A DNA stretch of 64,000 nt from NCBI RefSeq assembly GCF_006345805.1, contig NC_043026.1, positions 3,100,001 through 3,164,000 of the forward strand, in the 5' to 3' direction. The translations under genes were made by a program, and so were the position numbers. Of the stretch, positions 27,217 through 39,550 are shown piece by piece; the stretch's first letter is position 1; the number at the start of each line of letters is the position of its first letter. The notes below the pieces were generated by a model. It made no database searches. It saw only the letters and a program-made list of their open reading frames with translations, and was not told the origin of the DNA. This DNA is from Octopus sinensis. Lineage: Eukaryota.

Positions 27217-27316
27217 ATATATATATATGTGTGTAAAATTCTTGGCCTAGCCTTGTACCAATCACCACATATTACATTTGATGATAGAGATTTTCATCGC
27301 ATTGCTTCGCGACCTA

Positions 27317-27347
<31 letters not shown>

Positions 27348-27480
27348 TGCGTGCGTGTGTGACTATGTGTGTGTGTGTGTGTGTGTGTCTGCATGCTTTT
27401 TAGGTTTTATTTTGTTTTTTTTTCCTGGCGGAAAAGGTTACTTGCTAGAGATAACGTGAGTATCCGCATTGCTTTCTACA
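26822..27480. repeat. Direct tandem duplication, unit of about 340 bp
   Basis: 26891-27132 recurs at 27229-27478, differing almost only in microsatellite lengths. Confidence 0.92.
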
Positions 27481-27604
27481 CACACACACACACACACACC
27501 ACACACACACACACACATATATATATATACACACACACACACAGATACTTGCGCGCGCGCACACTCATGCACATCTACACATGAATCTATTTCTTTCTCA
27601 CTCG

Positions 27605-27636
<32 letters not shown>

Positions 27637-27717
27637 CGGATCTATATCTAGATATATTTCACATTCCCATATATATATAATATATATTAACGATATAGAT
27701 TAGAAAGCCATGTTTCA

Positions 27718-27748
<31 letters not shown>

Positions 27749-27855
27749 ATAATATATATATATATGTATATGTATGCATGTATATAGATATGAATATCTT
27801 TGTATGTGTATATATATCTTTAAATGGCAAATGAAAGCCGGAAGATGGAATATAT

Positions 27856-27901
<46 letters not shown>

Positions 27902-28969
27902 ATTTTGTTTATTTGTGTGAAACGTGCAGGCTTTTCAGAATGAGTCGGTGCTTGTTATTTACTAAGGCTGGTTCCACTGATTCGAGGCGTATCATCGGCA
28001 ATCGTGCTTTCGAAATACGGCTGCAAAGGATTCACGAAGAAGCATTCACTCCACAACACTGCAACTGGCGCGGACCCCTCCGTGGTGCTTCGATCTGATT
28101 GAAACAACAACCAGGATCTGCTGAAAAATCACATCGTTTTCAGTTATAATTTAAAGAGAGGACATAAAGAGCAATCTAATTTCAAAATCTAGCAAACGAT
28201 GAGGTGGTCGTTGATGGATTGTTTTTGATCGTATGCCTGACTACGTGATCAGAACTAGCCCAAGTGCTAAACAAAATTTTTTATTCGTTTCTACAACTAG
28301 TCTTTTCATATATTGTTATATAGAAATTATTCTTATTATCCTTATTTTTCTTTTTACAACCATGGTACCGAAATTTTAACAAAACACGAGATGGCCTGTC
28401 TAAAAAGCTTGACAATATTTTCTTCCTCTTTCGGTGTTCAATTCCAGCAGCCTGGATTTGAACTCGGAATGTAGTTCTCAAAGACCGACCTCGACCTTAT
28501 TTTTCTTCCTTCTGTATCGATCAAATAAAAACTCTGGTGAATCAACTAACCCATTCCCCCAATTTTCTGGCCTTGAGAGCTGTTGGATAAAAATGCCTCG
28601 GTGGTACCTGTTCTGAGTTCAAATTCTGCCGAGGTCAAACTTTGTGTTTCAAGCTTTTGTAGTGAAGTATTGGGTTGATTTAACCCACCATCTCTGTCCC
28701 CCACCACCAAATACTGGCTTCATGCCTCTCTTACAAAAGCCTATTAGCATTATTATTTGATAGAATCGTTAGAACGTCAGGCCCCAAAGATGCATTATGG
28801 TATTTACTCATGGTTCTTTTTGCTCTGAGCTCAACTCCTGCTGAGATCATCTTTGCCTTCCATCCATTTGGGATCAAAATAATCAGCTAATCCTCTCCAC
28901 TCAAAATTGCTGGCCTTGTGCCTAAATTGGAAAACATTCCATTTTATATTTAAGCGATGAGGAACTGTG

Positions 28970-29222
28970 TACATTATTCACATTTGATGGATATTTCTCC
29001 TCATCTTGTTTGTTGTTAACACAATTGTTTGGCTGATATACCCTCCAAGCCTTCTTCAGGTGTCTTGGGGAAATTTTGGACCTGGTTTCTTATTCCAGAA
29101 GGAGAACCCGGGTTCAAAATTTCCCCAAGACACCTGAAGAAGGCTGGAGGGTATACCAGCCGAAACGTTGTGTTAACAACAAACAAGATGAGGAGAAATA
29201 TCCATCAAATGTAAATAATGTA
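28970..29222. mobile_element. Inverted pair of Penelope-like pLTR ends
   Basis: Arms of about 120 bp, each homologous to 47645-47760. Confidence 0.85.
29129..29174 (+). ncRNA. Minimal type-I hammerhead ribozyme motif
   Basis: gacac-CTGAAGA-a-ggctgg-agggtata-ccagcc-GAAAC-GTT-gtgtt: stem I gacac/gtgtt, perfect 6-bp stem II, palindromic aacgtt stem III. Confidence 0.75.
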
Positions 29223-30151
29223 AATTAGAAACCATTATCGTTTAAGGGTGGTGAGCTAACAGAATCATTGGCATGCCAGGGGAAATTCTTAGTGGCATTT
29301 CATCTGTCTTCACATTCTCAGTTCAAATCCCACCACTTTCAGGGTTGATAAAATATCTACCAGTTGAATACTAGGGTTGATGTAATCAACCAGCCCTCTT
29401 GCCCCAAATTTCAGACCTTGTGTATATAGTAGAAAGGATTGTTAATATTATTGTTCTGCCACCAAGGTGGACTTTGCCTTTCATCCTTTTGGGGTTGATA
29501 AATTAAGTACCATGAAACATTAGAGTTGATGTAATCGAATGGCCCCCTCCACCAAAATTTCAGGCCTTCTGCCTTTAATAGAAAAGATTATTATTATTAT
29601 ATGTGAAGTATATTTGCCACTTAAATGTGGCTAACCACTAAGGGTGGATGCTACTGTAGCTTGTAGCCCCAGGAGAACATCTTCTCCAGCTGGCTATTGA
29701 CACACTTTCTATGCCGTATCATTTAGAGATTTATTATTATTATTATTATTATTATTGTTAGAGTGGTGAACTGACAGAATTATTAGTGCACAAAAAGCTT
29801 AGTGGTATTTCCTCCATCTTTACATTGTGAGTTCAAGTTCTGCCAAGTTCATTTCTCATCCTTTCAAAGTCAATAAAACAAGTACCAGTTGAGCACTGGG
29901 GTCACTCTATTCCTCCCCTAAAATTTCCAGCCTTTTGCCTTGAGTAGAAAAAATTAAGGTGGCCAGCTAGCAGAATCGTTAGCATGCTGGGCAAAATGCT
30001 TAGCGGTGTTTTGTCTGGCTTTAGGTTCTGAGTTCAAATTCCACCAAGGTTGACTTTGCCTTTCATCCTTTCAGGGTCAATAAACAAAGTACCAGTGAAA
30101 TACTTTTTTGCTATTTATTCTTTTGGAGTTGGTAAAATAGGGTAGTGAATA

Positions 30152-30724
30152 TTAACCCTTTCAGATTGCTCTGTCAAGTGTTGCTGAGACCCCCTTCGGT
30201 CATGAATGACCATGGGATTGCACCTAGAAAGTTACCCTCCCAGGCACAAATCCGGGCAAGGTTGTTTATGGAAGATCAGCAGTCGCCCATGCATACCAGC
30301 CTCCCCTCTTCACACCACTGATGTTATCCAAGGGAAAAGCAAAGGGGCCGATACAGCTTGGCACCTGTGACATCACAACTCATTTCTACGGCTGAGTGAA
30401 CTGTGAACTGGAGCAACGTGAAATAAAGTGTCTTGCTCAAGAACACGACATGCAACCCAGTCCGGGATTCGAACTCTCAACCTCACAATCGTAAGCTCAA
30501 CGCTCTAACCACTGAGCCATGTGCGTTCACACTATCAAATGTAATGCTTATTTATTTACATTGTTTTAAATTAGTCTTGCATTATCTTGTAGCTTCAAGA
30601 TTTCAGTGACATGACTGTTTGTTTTTAGAATGACATTGTAGGGTAGGTGTAAGAGGCTGAATCTGGCCTGTTTGAACCTAAAACAGGTAGAATATTTTCA
30701 CTGGTTTGAATGCTTAAGGGTTAA
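30152..30724. mobile_element. piggyBac-like (TTAA/CCCTT) MITE type 1 interrupted by a SINE C2
   Basis: ttaaccctt ... aagggttaa ends; homologues at 41764, 46048, 60241 and 61510. Confidence 0.75.
30182..30530 (-). mobile_element. SINE family C2, full length
   Basis: tRNA-like head catggctcagtggttagagcgttgagcttacgattgtgaggttgagagttcgaatcc plus the C core. Confidence 0.85.
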
Positions 30725-32024
30725 ATCAACAGATATGATTATCCCCCCCCCCCCCCCCCAAAAAAAAATTCTGGTCTTGTGTCTGAGTTTTTTTTTTATT
30801 TACCTAAAAAAACACACAAAAAAAAAAACATTAACAATATTTTGTGGTGTTCTTTATTTTCTGAGTTCAAATTGAGATGAGGTCATTTTTTTTCTTGCTT
30901 CCCTCCCTGAGATAAATTTGCAGCCATTGGTTCTCATTATGGCTCTCTGAGTTCAAATACTAATCAAGCCCCTTTTGCCTTTCATTCTTTTGGGGTCAGT
31001 TAATAAAATACCAACACTGAGGCAAGGCTGTGTGTTGAAGAAGCCAGCTTCCCAATCTGGGGTCTCAGGTTCTCTCCTACTCTATGGTATCTTGGGTGTC
31101 TTCTACAACTGGCCTTTGGCCATGGCCAACCAAAGCTTTGTGAGTGGATTTGGGAGATGGAAACTGAAAGAAGCCTCTGTGTGTCTCTATATATATATAT
31201 AAACATACACGCATGTATGTAGTCTTTTATTCTTTTACTTGTTTCAGTCATTTGACTGCGGCCATGCTGGAGCATCGCCTTTAGTCAAACAAATCGACCC
31301 CGAGACTTGTCCTTTGTAAGCTTTGTACTTGTTCTATCAGTCTCTTTTACCAAACTGCTAAGTTATGGGGACATAAACACACCAACATCAGTTGTTAAGT
31401 GACAGTGGTGAGGGGACAACCACAGACACACAAATACATACATATATATATATGTGAGCGTTATACTAATACACCTGTTTGTTTTGTACCCCACCTGTCT
31501 TCGTCTTTTGTCCTTTTTCCTAAACTCTCCCTAAATATATGATGGGCTTTTTTCAGTTACTCTACCAAATCCACTCACAAAGCTTTGGTCGGCCTAAGGC
31601 TATAGGATAAAAAAAAAGGCCCAAGGTGCCATGCAGTGGGACTGAACCCGGAACTATGTGGTCGGAAAGCAAGCTTCTAACCATACAGCCACTCCTGTGC
31701 CTATGTACGTATACACAATCACAAGATCCAAGGATCTAAGTGTAGGAAGTTTGTAAGGTTTGAGCAGTCTATGGTGGGTATAAAGATTAACATTCAGGAA
31801 CAAGAATATTTCATTGGCGTCGAAGGTTGCAGGCTTTTTCCATATCAAAGTTTGAATATCAGAAAAAATATTTTTATATCACTGATGGTTAGTAACTTGT
31901 GTTGCTATGAATGTGAATAACAATACTAATTGAGAGAGTGGAAGTAATATGTTTCTTAGCTAGCAGTTAATTACTCAATTAAGGGGTACTCAGCTAGCTA
32001 TACTTGATAGGGGGAATCAACGTC

Positions 32025-32362
32025 AAATAAAAACCAAATGGAAATTGTAGTCGGATACCTGTGCCGGTGGTACATAAAAAGCACCATCCGAACGTGGCCG
32101 ATGCCAGTACTACTTTGACTGGCTTCCGTCCTGGTGGCACGTAAAAAGCAACAATCCGATTGTGGCCATTTGCCAGCCTTGCCTGGCACGTAAAAAGCAC
32201 CCACTACACTCATGGAGTGGTTGGCGTTAGGAAGGGCATCCAGCTGTAGAAACACTGCCAGATCAGACTGGGCCTGGTGCAGCCTTCTTGTTTCCCAGAC
32301 CCCGGTCGAACCGTCCAACCCATGCTAGCATGGAAAATGGACGTTAAACGATGATGATGATG
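32025..32362 (+). mobile_element. RTE family D 3' UTR copy
   Basis: Homologous to 14620-15010 with (GAT)n tail. Confidence 0.85.
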
Positions 32363-32624
32363 TTACATTATCGTTAAGGAAAACCAAATTAACTTGCTGA
32401 AGATATAATTTGAAATATATATATATATTTAATGCACAATATTTGTACTTATATAATAAAGTGGTAATCACTAAAAAAGCTCCTTCAATGGTGTTGGCTG
32501 CATACCACCGAGTCAGAGGTATGACAGAGATTCACCAGTTGGTAGCCATAGAAGGACAACCATTCTGCAGCCAACACCATGCAAACATAATTTATTTTAG
32601 TGTAGAGTAAATTATTTTACATGT

Positions 32625-32990
32625 TGGTGTGGCTGTGTGGTAAGACGCTTGCCTCCCAACCACATGGTTCCCGGTTCAATCCCACTGTGTGGCACATTGG
32701 GCAAGTGTCTTCTACTATAGCCCCGGGCCGTCCAAAGCCTTGTGAGTGGATTTGGTAGAGAGAAATTGAAAGAAGCCCCTTGTATATGTGTGTGTGTGTG
32801 TTCCCCTACCATTGCTTGACAACTGATGTTGGTGTGTTTACATCCCTGTAACTTAGCAGTTCAGCAAAAGACACAATAGAATAAGCACTAGGCTTACAAA
32901 GAGTAAGTCCTTGGGTCGATTTCTTCAACTAAAAGGTGGTACTCCAGCATGGCCACAATCAAATGACTGAAACAAGGAAAAGAATAAAAC
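32625..32990 (+). mobile_element. SINE family A
   Basis: Homology to 20818-21233. Confidence 0.85.
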
Positions 32991-33024
32991 AATAGTGTGT
33001 ATGTTATAAATTGCAGTGTAAATC

Positions 33025-33066
<42 letters not shown>

Positions 33067-33398
33067 TATATGCAGGGCAGCACCTTGGGTAAATATATTT
33101 GGTTGTAGCTCTGAGTTGATCGAAGCTTTGTAATTGGATTAGGTAGGCAGAAACTGTGTGGAAGCCCCTCTTACCTTTTGCTTGTTTAAGTCATTTGACT
33201 GTGGCCATGCTGGGGTACTGCCAAAGAACTTTTAGTAAAATGAATTGACTCCACTACTTATTTTTTTTTTTTAAGCTGGGTACTTATTCTATGAATTTCT
33301 TTTAGCTGAACTGCTAAGTTACAGGGACATAAACATTCCAACACTGGGTGTTAAATGATGGTGGGGTGGGGAACAAACACAGACACAATGACACACAC

Positions 33399-33438
<40 letters not shown>

Positions 33439-33527
33439 ATTATTTGAGGGAAAATTAATCCCGACTTACAGGGAAAAAGTTCAATTTAGACATACTAAAT
33501 CAAATTTCACACAATATGATATATATA

Positions 33528-33912
33528 CTCTTTTACTCTTACTTGTTTCAGTCATTTGACTGCGGCCATGCTGGAGCACCGCCTTTAGTCGAGCAAATCG
33601 ACCCCGGGACTTATTCTTTGTAAGCCCAGTACTTATTCTACAGGCCTCTTTTGCCGAACCGCTAAGTGACGGGGACATAAACACACCAGCATTGGTTGTC
33701 AAGCAATGCTAGGGGGACAAACACAAACATATACACACACACCCATACATATATATACATATATACGACAGGCTTCTTTCAGTTTCCGTCTACCAAATCC
33801 ACTCACAAGGCATTGGTCGGCACACTTGCCCAAGATGCCACGCAGTGGGACTGAACCCGGAACCATGTGGTTGGTTAGCAAGCTACTTACCACACAGCCA
33901 CTCCTGCGCCTA
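33528..33912 (-). mobile_element. SINE family A
   Basis: Homology to 20818-21233. Confidence 0.88.
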
Positions 33913-33918
33913 TATGTA

Positions 33919-34160
33919 TATATAAAAATTAGAAAAGAACCACCTTTTATCAATTCAAAATTATATTTACACCATCCGGAAAATTACATATAATAGAAAT
34001 ATTAAAATTAAAATAACAATAAAATACAGATGATTAAGTAAATTGCAAAAAAAAAAATTTACTTAATCATCTGTATTTTATTGTTATTTTAATTTTAATA
34101 TTTCTATTATATGTAATTTTCCGGATGGTGTAAATATAATTTTGAATTGATAAAAGGTGG
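33919..34160. repeat. Near-perfect AT-rich palindrome, arms of about 120 bp
   Basis: ataaaaattagaaaagaaccaccttttatc...taagtaaatt / aatttactta...gataaaaggtggtttttttctaatttttat. Confidence 0.92.
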
Positions 34161-34183
34161 TTTTTTTCTAATTTTTATATCTA

Positions 34184-34215
<32 letters not shown>

Positions 34216-35599
34216 TACATACACATGATAGGCTTCTTTGAGTTTCCGTCTACTAAATCTACTCACAAGGCTTTGGTCAGCCTGAGCCTATAGTTGAAAG
34301 CACCTGCCCAAGTGCCATGCAGTGGGACTGAACCCAGTACCATGTGGTTGGAGAAGCAAACTTCTGAACCACACAGCGATACCAGCACCTATATTGTATA
34401 TGCATGTCTGTATTTGTTAGTACCCTTGTCTCCACATCATCTGAAGGTTGTTCAGTTCCAGTCTTGTGTGGAAAACCTGTTTGATCCTGGCAGATTTGTT
34501 TGGAAAGAGGTGAGGGTTGGTGACAGGAAGGGTACCCAGCTGTAGAAAATCCTCTGCCTCATTCCCCTCTGACCCATGCAAGCATGGAAAAGTGGACGTC
34601 AAGCAATGCTACTGCTGACGATGGTGGGCCTTCCTGGCAGGCTTCTGCATAGGATCAATCTGTCCACTTTAACTCACAAAGCTTGGATCAGACAAAGGCT
34701 ATGTATGGTAAATGATGCTTGTCCAAGATGCCATGCAGTAAGATTGAACCTGGGACTTCATGATTGTGAAGTGAACTTCTAAACCTTTTAACATTCACAT
34801 TATTCTGTCAGATGTAATGCTTTTTTATTCACGTTCAACATCTGCTTTCCATGCTGGCATGGGTTGGACAGTTTGACTGGAACTGGCAAACCAGAGAGCT
34901 GCACCAGGCTCCAGTTGTCTGATTTTGCCTTGGTTTCTACGGCTGGATGCCCTTCCTACTGCCAGCCACTTCAAGAGTGTAATGGGTGTGATTTACATGC
35001 CACTGGCAACAGTCATGATCACAATTTCACTTGACTTAACACGTCTTCTCAAGCGTAGCATATCACCAAAGGTCTCAGTTGCTTGTCATCACTTCCATGG
35101 GGCCCAACTTTCATAGGTCATGCTTCACCACCTCATCCCTTGCCTATGTGAGGCCCAACATTCGAAGATCATGCTAATGGCCACGACTACAATTTCACGT
35201 GGCTTAACGAGTCTTTTCAAACGCAGCATATCGCCAAAGGTTTTGGTCGTTTGTCATCACTTCCATGTGGCACAATATTCCATGTGGCACAATATTCAAA
35301 CATCATGCATCACCTCTGTGAGGCCCAACATTCTAAGTTCATGCTACCGGCAACATTCATGACTACGATTTCACGGGTGCCGTTTACATGAGACCGGCAA
35401 TGGCCACATCTGTTTTCATGCTTTATCTTGTAGCAGTGAGATTTTCTTGAGGCACCAGTTAATTTTTAGAATAACATTGTCGGGTTGGTGTGAGAAGCCA
35501 AATCCGGCCAGTTTTGAAGATAAAATAGGTAAAATATTTTGGCTGGTTATGGCCTGTTTAATTGCTAAAGGATTACTGATGCAGCCATGCTGCATCAAA

Positions 35600-35643
<44 letters not shown>

Positions 35644-36531
35644 TTCTATCATGTTCACTCCTAGAAATATTTCTGGTCCTTTAAGTCCAGAGTTCAAATT
35701 CTCTCATGGTCAACTTTGTGGTCCTTGCGTACAGGCATGTCCCCTACATTCCTCCTCAGCTGAGTGATCCTAACCTTGTGGACTCATGGGTGCTGGTGTC
35801 ACATAAAAGTGCCTGGTACTCTTTGTAAAGTGTTTGGCATTAGGGAGAGCGTCCAGCCTTAGAAACCTTGCCAAAACAGAGATGGGGGCCAGGCAGGTCT
35901 TCAGCTGACCAGCTTCTCTGTCAAACCGTCCAACCCATGCCAGCCTGGAAAATGAATGTTAAATGAAGAGGATGACAAAAGTACTTGTCATGTCCTTGTT
36001 TTCATATAAGAAACGGTTCATCTCCACCAAGTCTCTGGCTGCGTGTATGAGAAAACGATTGTTATTTTTGTAACGATGATGGCTAATTGAATTGGAAGAG
36101 CACCAAACGAAATGTCTTTTGGATATTTATGTACTTTTACATCGTGAGTTCAAATCCAGCCAGAGGTGACTATATCTTGCTATTCTTTGTACCTTGAGTT
36201 GATGATAAAATGAAGTATCAGGTAACCCTATGACTGCATAATTAAATTCCTTGGTCATTCCTCTAACGATGTTAATTAGAATTCTTTTAGTCTGCTTCTG
36301 TAATACTTGAGCAAACCACTTCATTTCACTTTATTGCTCGAGTCCACTCAACTAGTAAAACTGAGTTGAGCCTCAAAGGGCCAGCTTTGTCACATTGAAC
36401 CTCCCTGAGAACTGTGTTAAGGGTACATACGTCTGAGGAGTACTCAGCCACTTACACGTTAATTTCATGAACTGGCTGTTCCATTGATCGAATCAACTGG
36501 AACCCTCATCCTTGTGACTGACAGAGTGCCA

Positions 36532-36566
<35 letters not shown>

Positions 36567-37181
36567 AGGTCAGGAGTTCAATGGCTGGTGGCACAGTGTT
36601 TCCTTGAGCAAGTCTCTTTATTTCATATTACCACAGTCCGTTCAATTGGCAAAAATGAGTAGATCTTGTGTTTCAAAGGGGCCAGCCTTGTCCCATTCTC
36701 TGCCATGCTGAATCTCTCTGAGAACTCCATTTAGGGTTCACATGTCTGAGGAGTACTCAGCCACTTACACGTTAATTTCATGAGCTGGCTGTTCCATTGA
36801 TCAGACCAACTGGGATACTTGTCATCATAACCAACAGATTGCCAGTTATACCAAAACAGTGTCCCCTCTAGGCACAGTTTTCATATCCACTCCCTAAAAG
36901 TATTTGATTCTTGCTCCAGAAAGAGATATTTGACGAAATATATCTTTTAACTTTTACTTGTTTCAGTCATCAGACAGCGGCCATGCTGGGGCACCAGCTT
37001 GAAGAGATTTAATCAAACAGATAAACCCCAGTCCCCCTTTTTATCTTTTAAAGCCTAGTATTTATTCTGTCGGCCTCTTTTACCAAACCACTAAGTTACA
37101 GGGACATAAACACACCAACACCAGTTGTGATGGGCAACAAACACAGACACATAAACACACACACAGATATGTGTCTGTGTG

Positions 37182-37216
<35 letters not shown>

Positions 37217-37324
37217 CTTTAAGAGTATTTAACTCTTAAATGTAGGTAGTTTGGCATCCTTAGTCATAGTTAGTGGCTATTATGGTATTGCATTGCCTGT
37301 AGCTGTTTATATTAATATTTAGTA

Positions 37325-37361
<37 letters not shown>

Positions 37362-37363
<2 letters not shown>

Positions 37364-37733
37364 AAGCACTCCGTCGGTTACGACGACGAGGGTTCCGGTT
37401 GATCCGATCAACGGAACAGCCTGCTCTTGAAATTAACGTGTAAGTGGCTGAGCACTCCACAGACACGTGCACCCTTAACGTAGTTCTCGGAGATATTCAG
37501 CGTGACACAGAGAGTGACAAGGCCGGCCCCTTGAAATACAGGTGCAACAGAAACAGGAAGTAAGAGTGAGAGAAAGTTGTGGTGAAAGAGTACAGCAGGG
37601 ATCACCACCATCCCCTGCCGGAGCCTCGTGGAGCTTTTAGGTGTTTTCGCTCAATAAACACTCACAACGCTCGGTCTGGGAATCGAAACCGCGATCCTAC
37701 GACCGCAAGTCCGCTGCCCTAACCACTGGGCCA
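37362..37733 (-). mobile_element. SINE family C1, young CpG-rich copy (duplicated at 38168-38540)
   Basis: Head atggcccagtggttagggcagcggacttgcggtcgtaggatcgcggtttcgattccc. Confidence 0.88.
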
Positions 37734-37742
37734 TATATATAT

Positions 37743-37776
<34 letters not shown>

Positions 37777-37777
<1 letters not shown>

Positions 37778-38134
37778 CTCTATATAAACGGCAGTTTGTC
37801 TGTGCGTTTTCTGTGTGTCTGTTTTCTCGTACCCTCACTCTGACCACGGCTTTCAACCGATTCTGATGAAACTTGACACACCCATAGCCCAATGTCATAA
37901 TTCAAAACTAACGCAGCGAAAATTTTGAAAAGTTCCTCCAGTTCTGAAAAAAATCGATAAATTCGACATGGGGTCGAGAATCAGAAACCCAAACCACAGA
38001 CCGTCTAGGGGACGCAAAAAAAATTTACCATCATTTTTTTTCCATTTTTTTGCTATTTTTTGGCTATAACTCTCTAAAAATGCTTTATAGTTATTTCCCT
38101 TACAAACCTGAGCAACGCCGGGCGATACTGCTAG
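37777..38134 (+). mobile_element. Non-autonomous Helitron
   Basis: 5' TC, 3' CTAG with a GC-rich subterminal hairpin (cctgagcaacgccggg), inserted between A and T, no TSD. Confidence 0.85.
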
Positions 38135-38535
38135 TATATTTATATATAATATATATATATATATATATTGAAGCACTCCGTCGGTTACGACGACGAGGTT
38201 CCGGTTGATCCGATCAACGGAACAGCCTGCTCTTGAAATTAACGTGTAAGTGGCTGAGCACTCCACAGACACGTGCACCCTTAACGTAGTTCTCGGAGAT
38301 ATTCAGCGTGACACAGAGAGTGACAAGGCCGGCCCCTTGAAATACAGGTGCAACAGAAACAGGAAGTAAGAGTGAGAGAAAGTTGTGGTGAAAGAGTACA
38401 GCAGGGATCACCACCATCCCCTGCCGGAGCCTCGTGGAGCTTTTAGGTGTTTTCGCTCAATAAACACTCACAACGCTCGGTCTGGGAATCGAAACCGCGA
38501 TCCTACGACCGCAAGTCCGCTGCCCTAACCACTGG

Positions 38536-38579
<44 letters not shown>

Positions 38580-38584
<5 letters not shown>

Positions 38585-38937
38585 ATATAAACGGCAGTTT
38601 GTCTGTGCGTTTTCTGTGTGTCTGTTTTCTCGTACCCTCACTCTGACCACGGCTTTCAACCGATTCTGATGAAACTTGACACACCCATAGCCCAATGTCA
38701 TAATTCAAAACTAACGCAGCGAAAATTTTGAAAAGTTCCTCCAGTTCTGAAAAAAATCGATAAATTCGACATGGGGTCGAGAATCAGAAACCCAAACCAC
38801 AGACCGTCTAGGGGACGCAAAAAAAATTTACCATCATTTTTTTTCCATTTTTTTGCTATTTTTTGGCTATAACTCTCTAAAAATGCTTTATAGTTATTTC
38901 CCTTACAAACCTGAGCAACGCCGGGCGATACTGCTAG
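38580..38937 (+). mobile_element. Non-autonomous Helitron (tandem duplicate)
   Basis: Essentially identical to 37777-38134. Confidence 0.85.
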
Positions 38938-39150
38938 TATATTTATATATAAATATATAATAATACATAAGATGGGCTTCTTTCAATTTCCATCTACCAA
39001 ATCCACTCACTAGTCCTCAGCCCGAGCTATATTAGAAGACACTTGCTCAAGGTGCCACGCAGTGGGATTGAACCTGGAACCATGTGGTTGGGAGTGAAAA
39101 ACAAATTAAGAAAATCTAAAAATAAAATTGTCTTTTATAAGGAAACAAAT

Positions 39151-39550
39151 AGGCGCAGGAGTGGCTGTGTGGTAAGTAGCTTGCTAACCAACCACATGGT
39201 TCTAGGTTCAGTCCCACTGCGTGGCACCTTGGGCAAGTATCTTCTGCTATAGCCCCGGGCCAACCAATGCCTTGTGAGTGGATTTGGTAGACGGAAACTG
39301 AAAGAAGCCTGTCATATATATGTATATATGTGTGTGTTTGTGTCTGTGTTCGTCCCCCTAGCATTGCTTGACAACTGATGCTGGTGTATTTACGTCCCTG
39401 TAACTTAGCGGTTTGGCAAAAGAGACCGATAGAATAAATACTAGGCTTACAAAGAATAAGTCCCGGGGTCGATTTGCTCGACTAAAGGCAGTGCTCCAGC
39501 ATGGCCACAGTCAAATGACTGAAACAAGTAAAAGAGTAAAGAGAGTAAAG
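39151..39550 (+). mobile_element. SINE family A, full length
   Basis: Homology to 20818-21233. Confidence 0.9.

Noticed and set aside
27859-28098. 79-aa ORF in a CpG-containing segment
   Set aside because: Starts inside a TA repeat and shows no recognisable motif; may be regulatory but cannot be supported
30440-30530. tRNA genes in SINE heads
   Set aside because: A/B boxes are present but run into SINE bodies and lack a full cloverleaf acceptor stem
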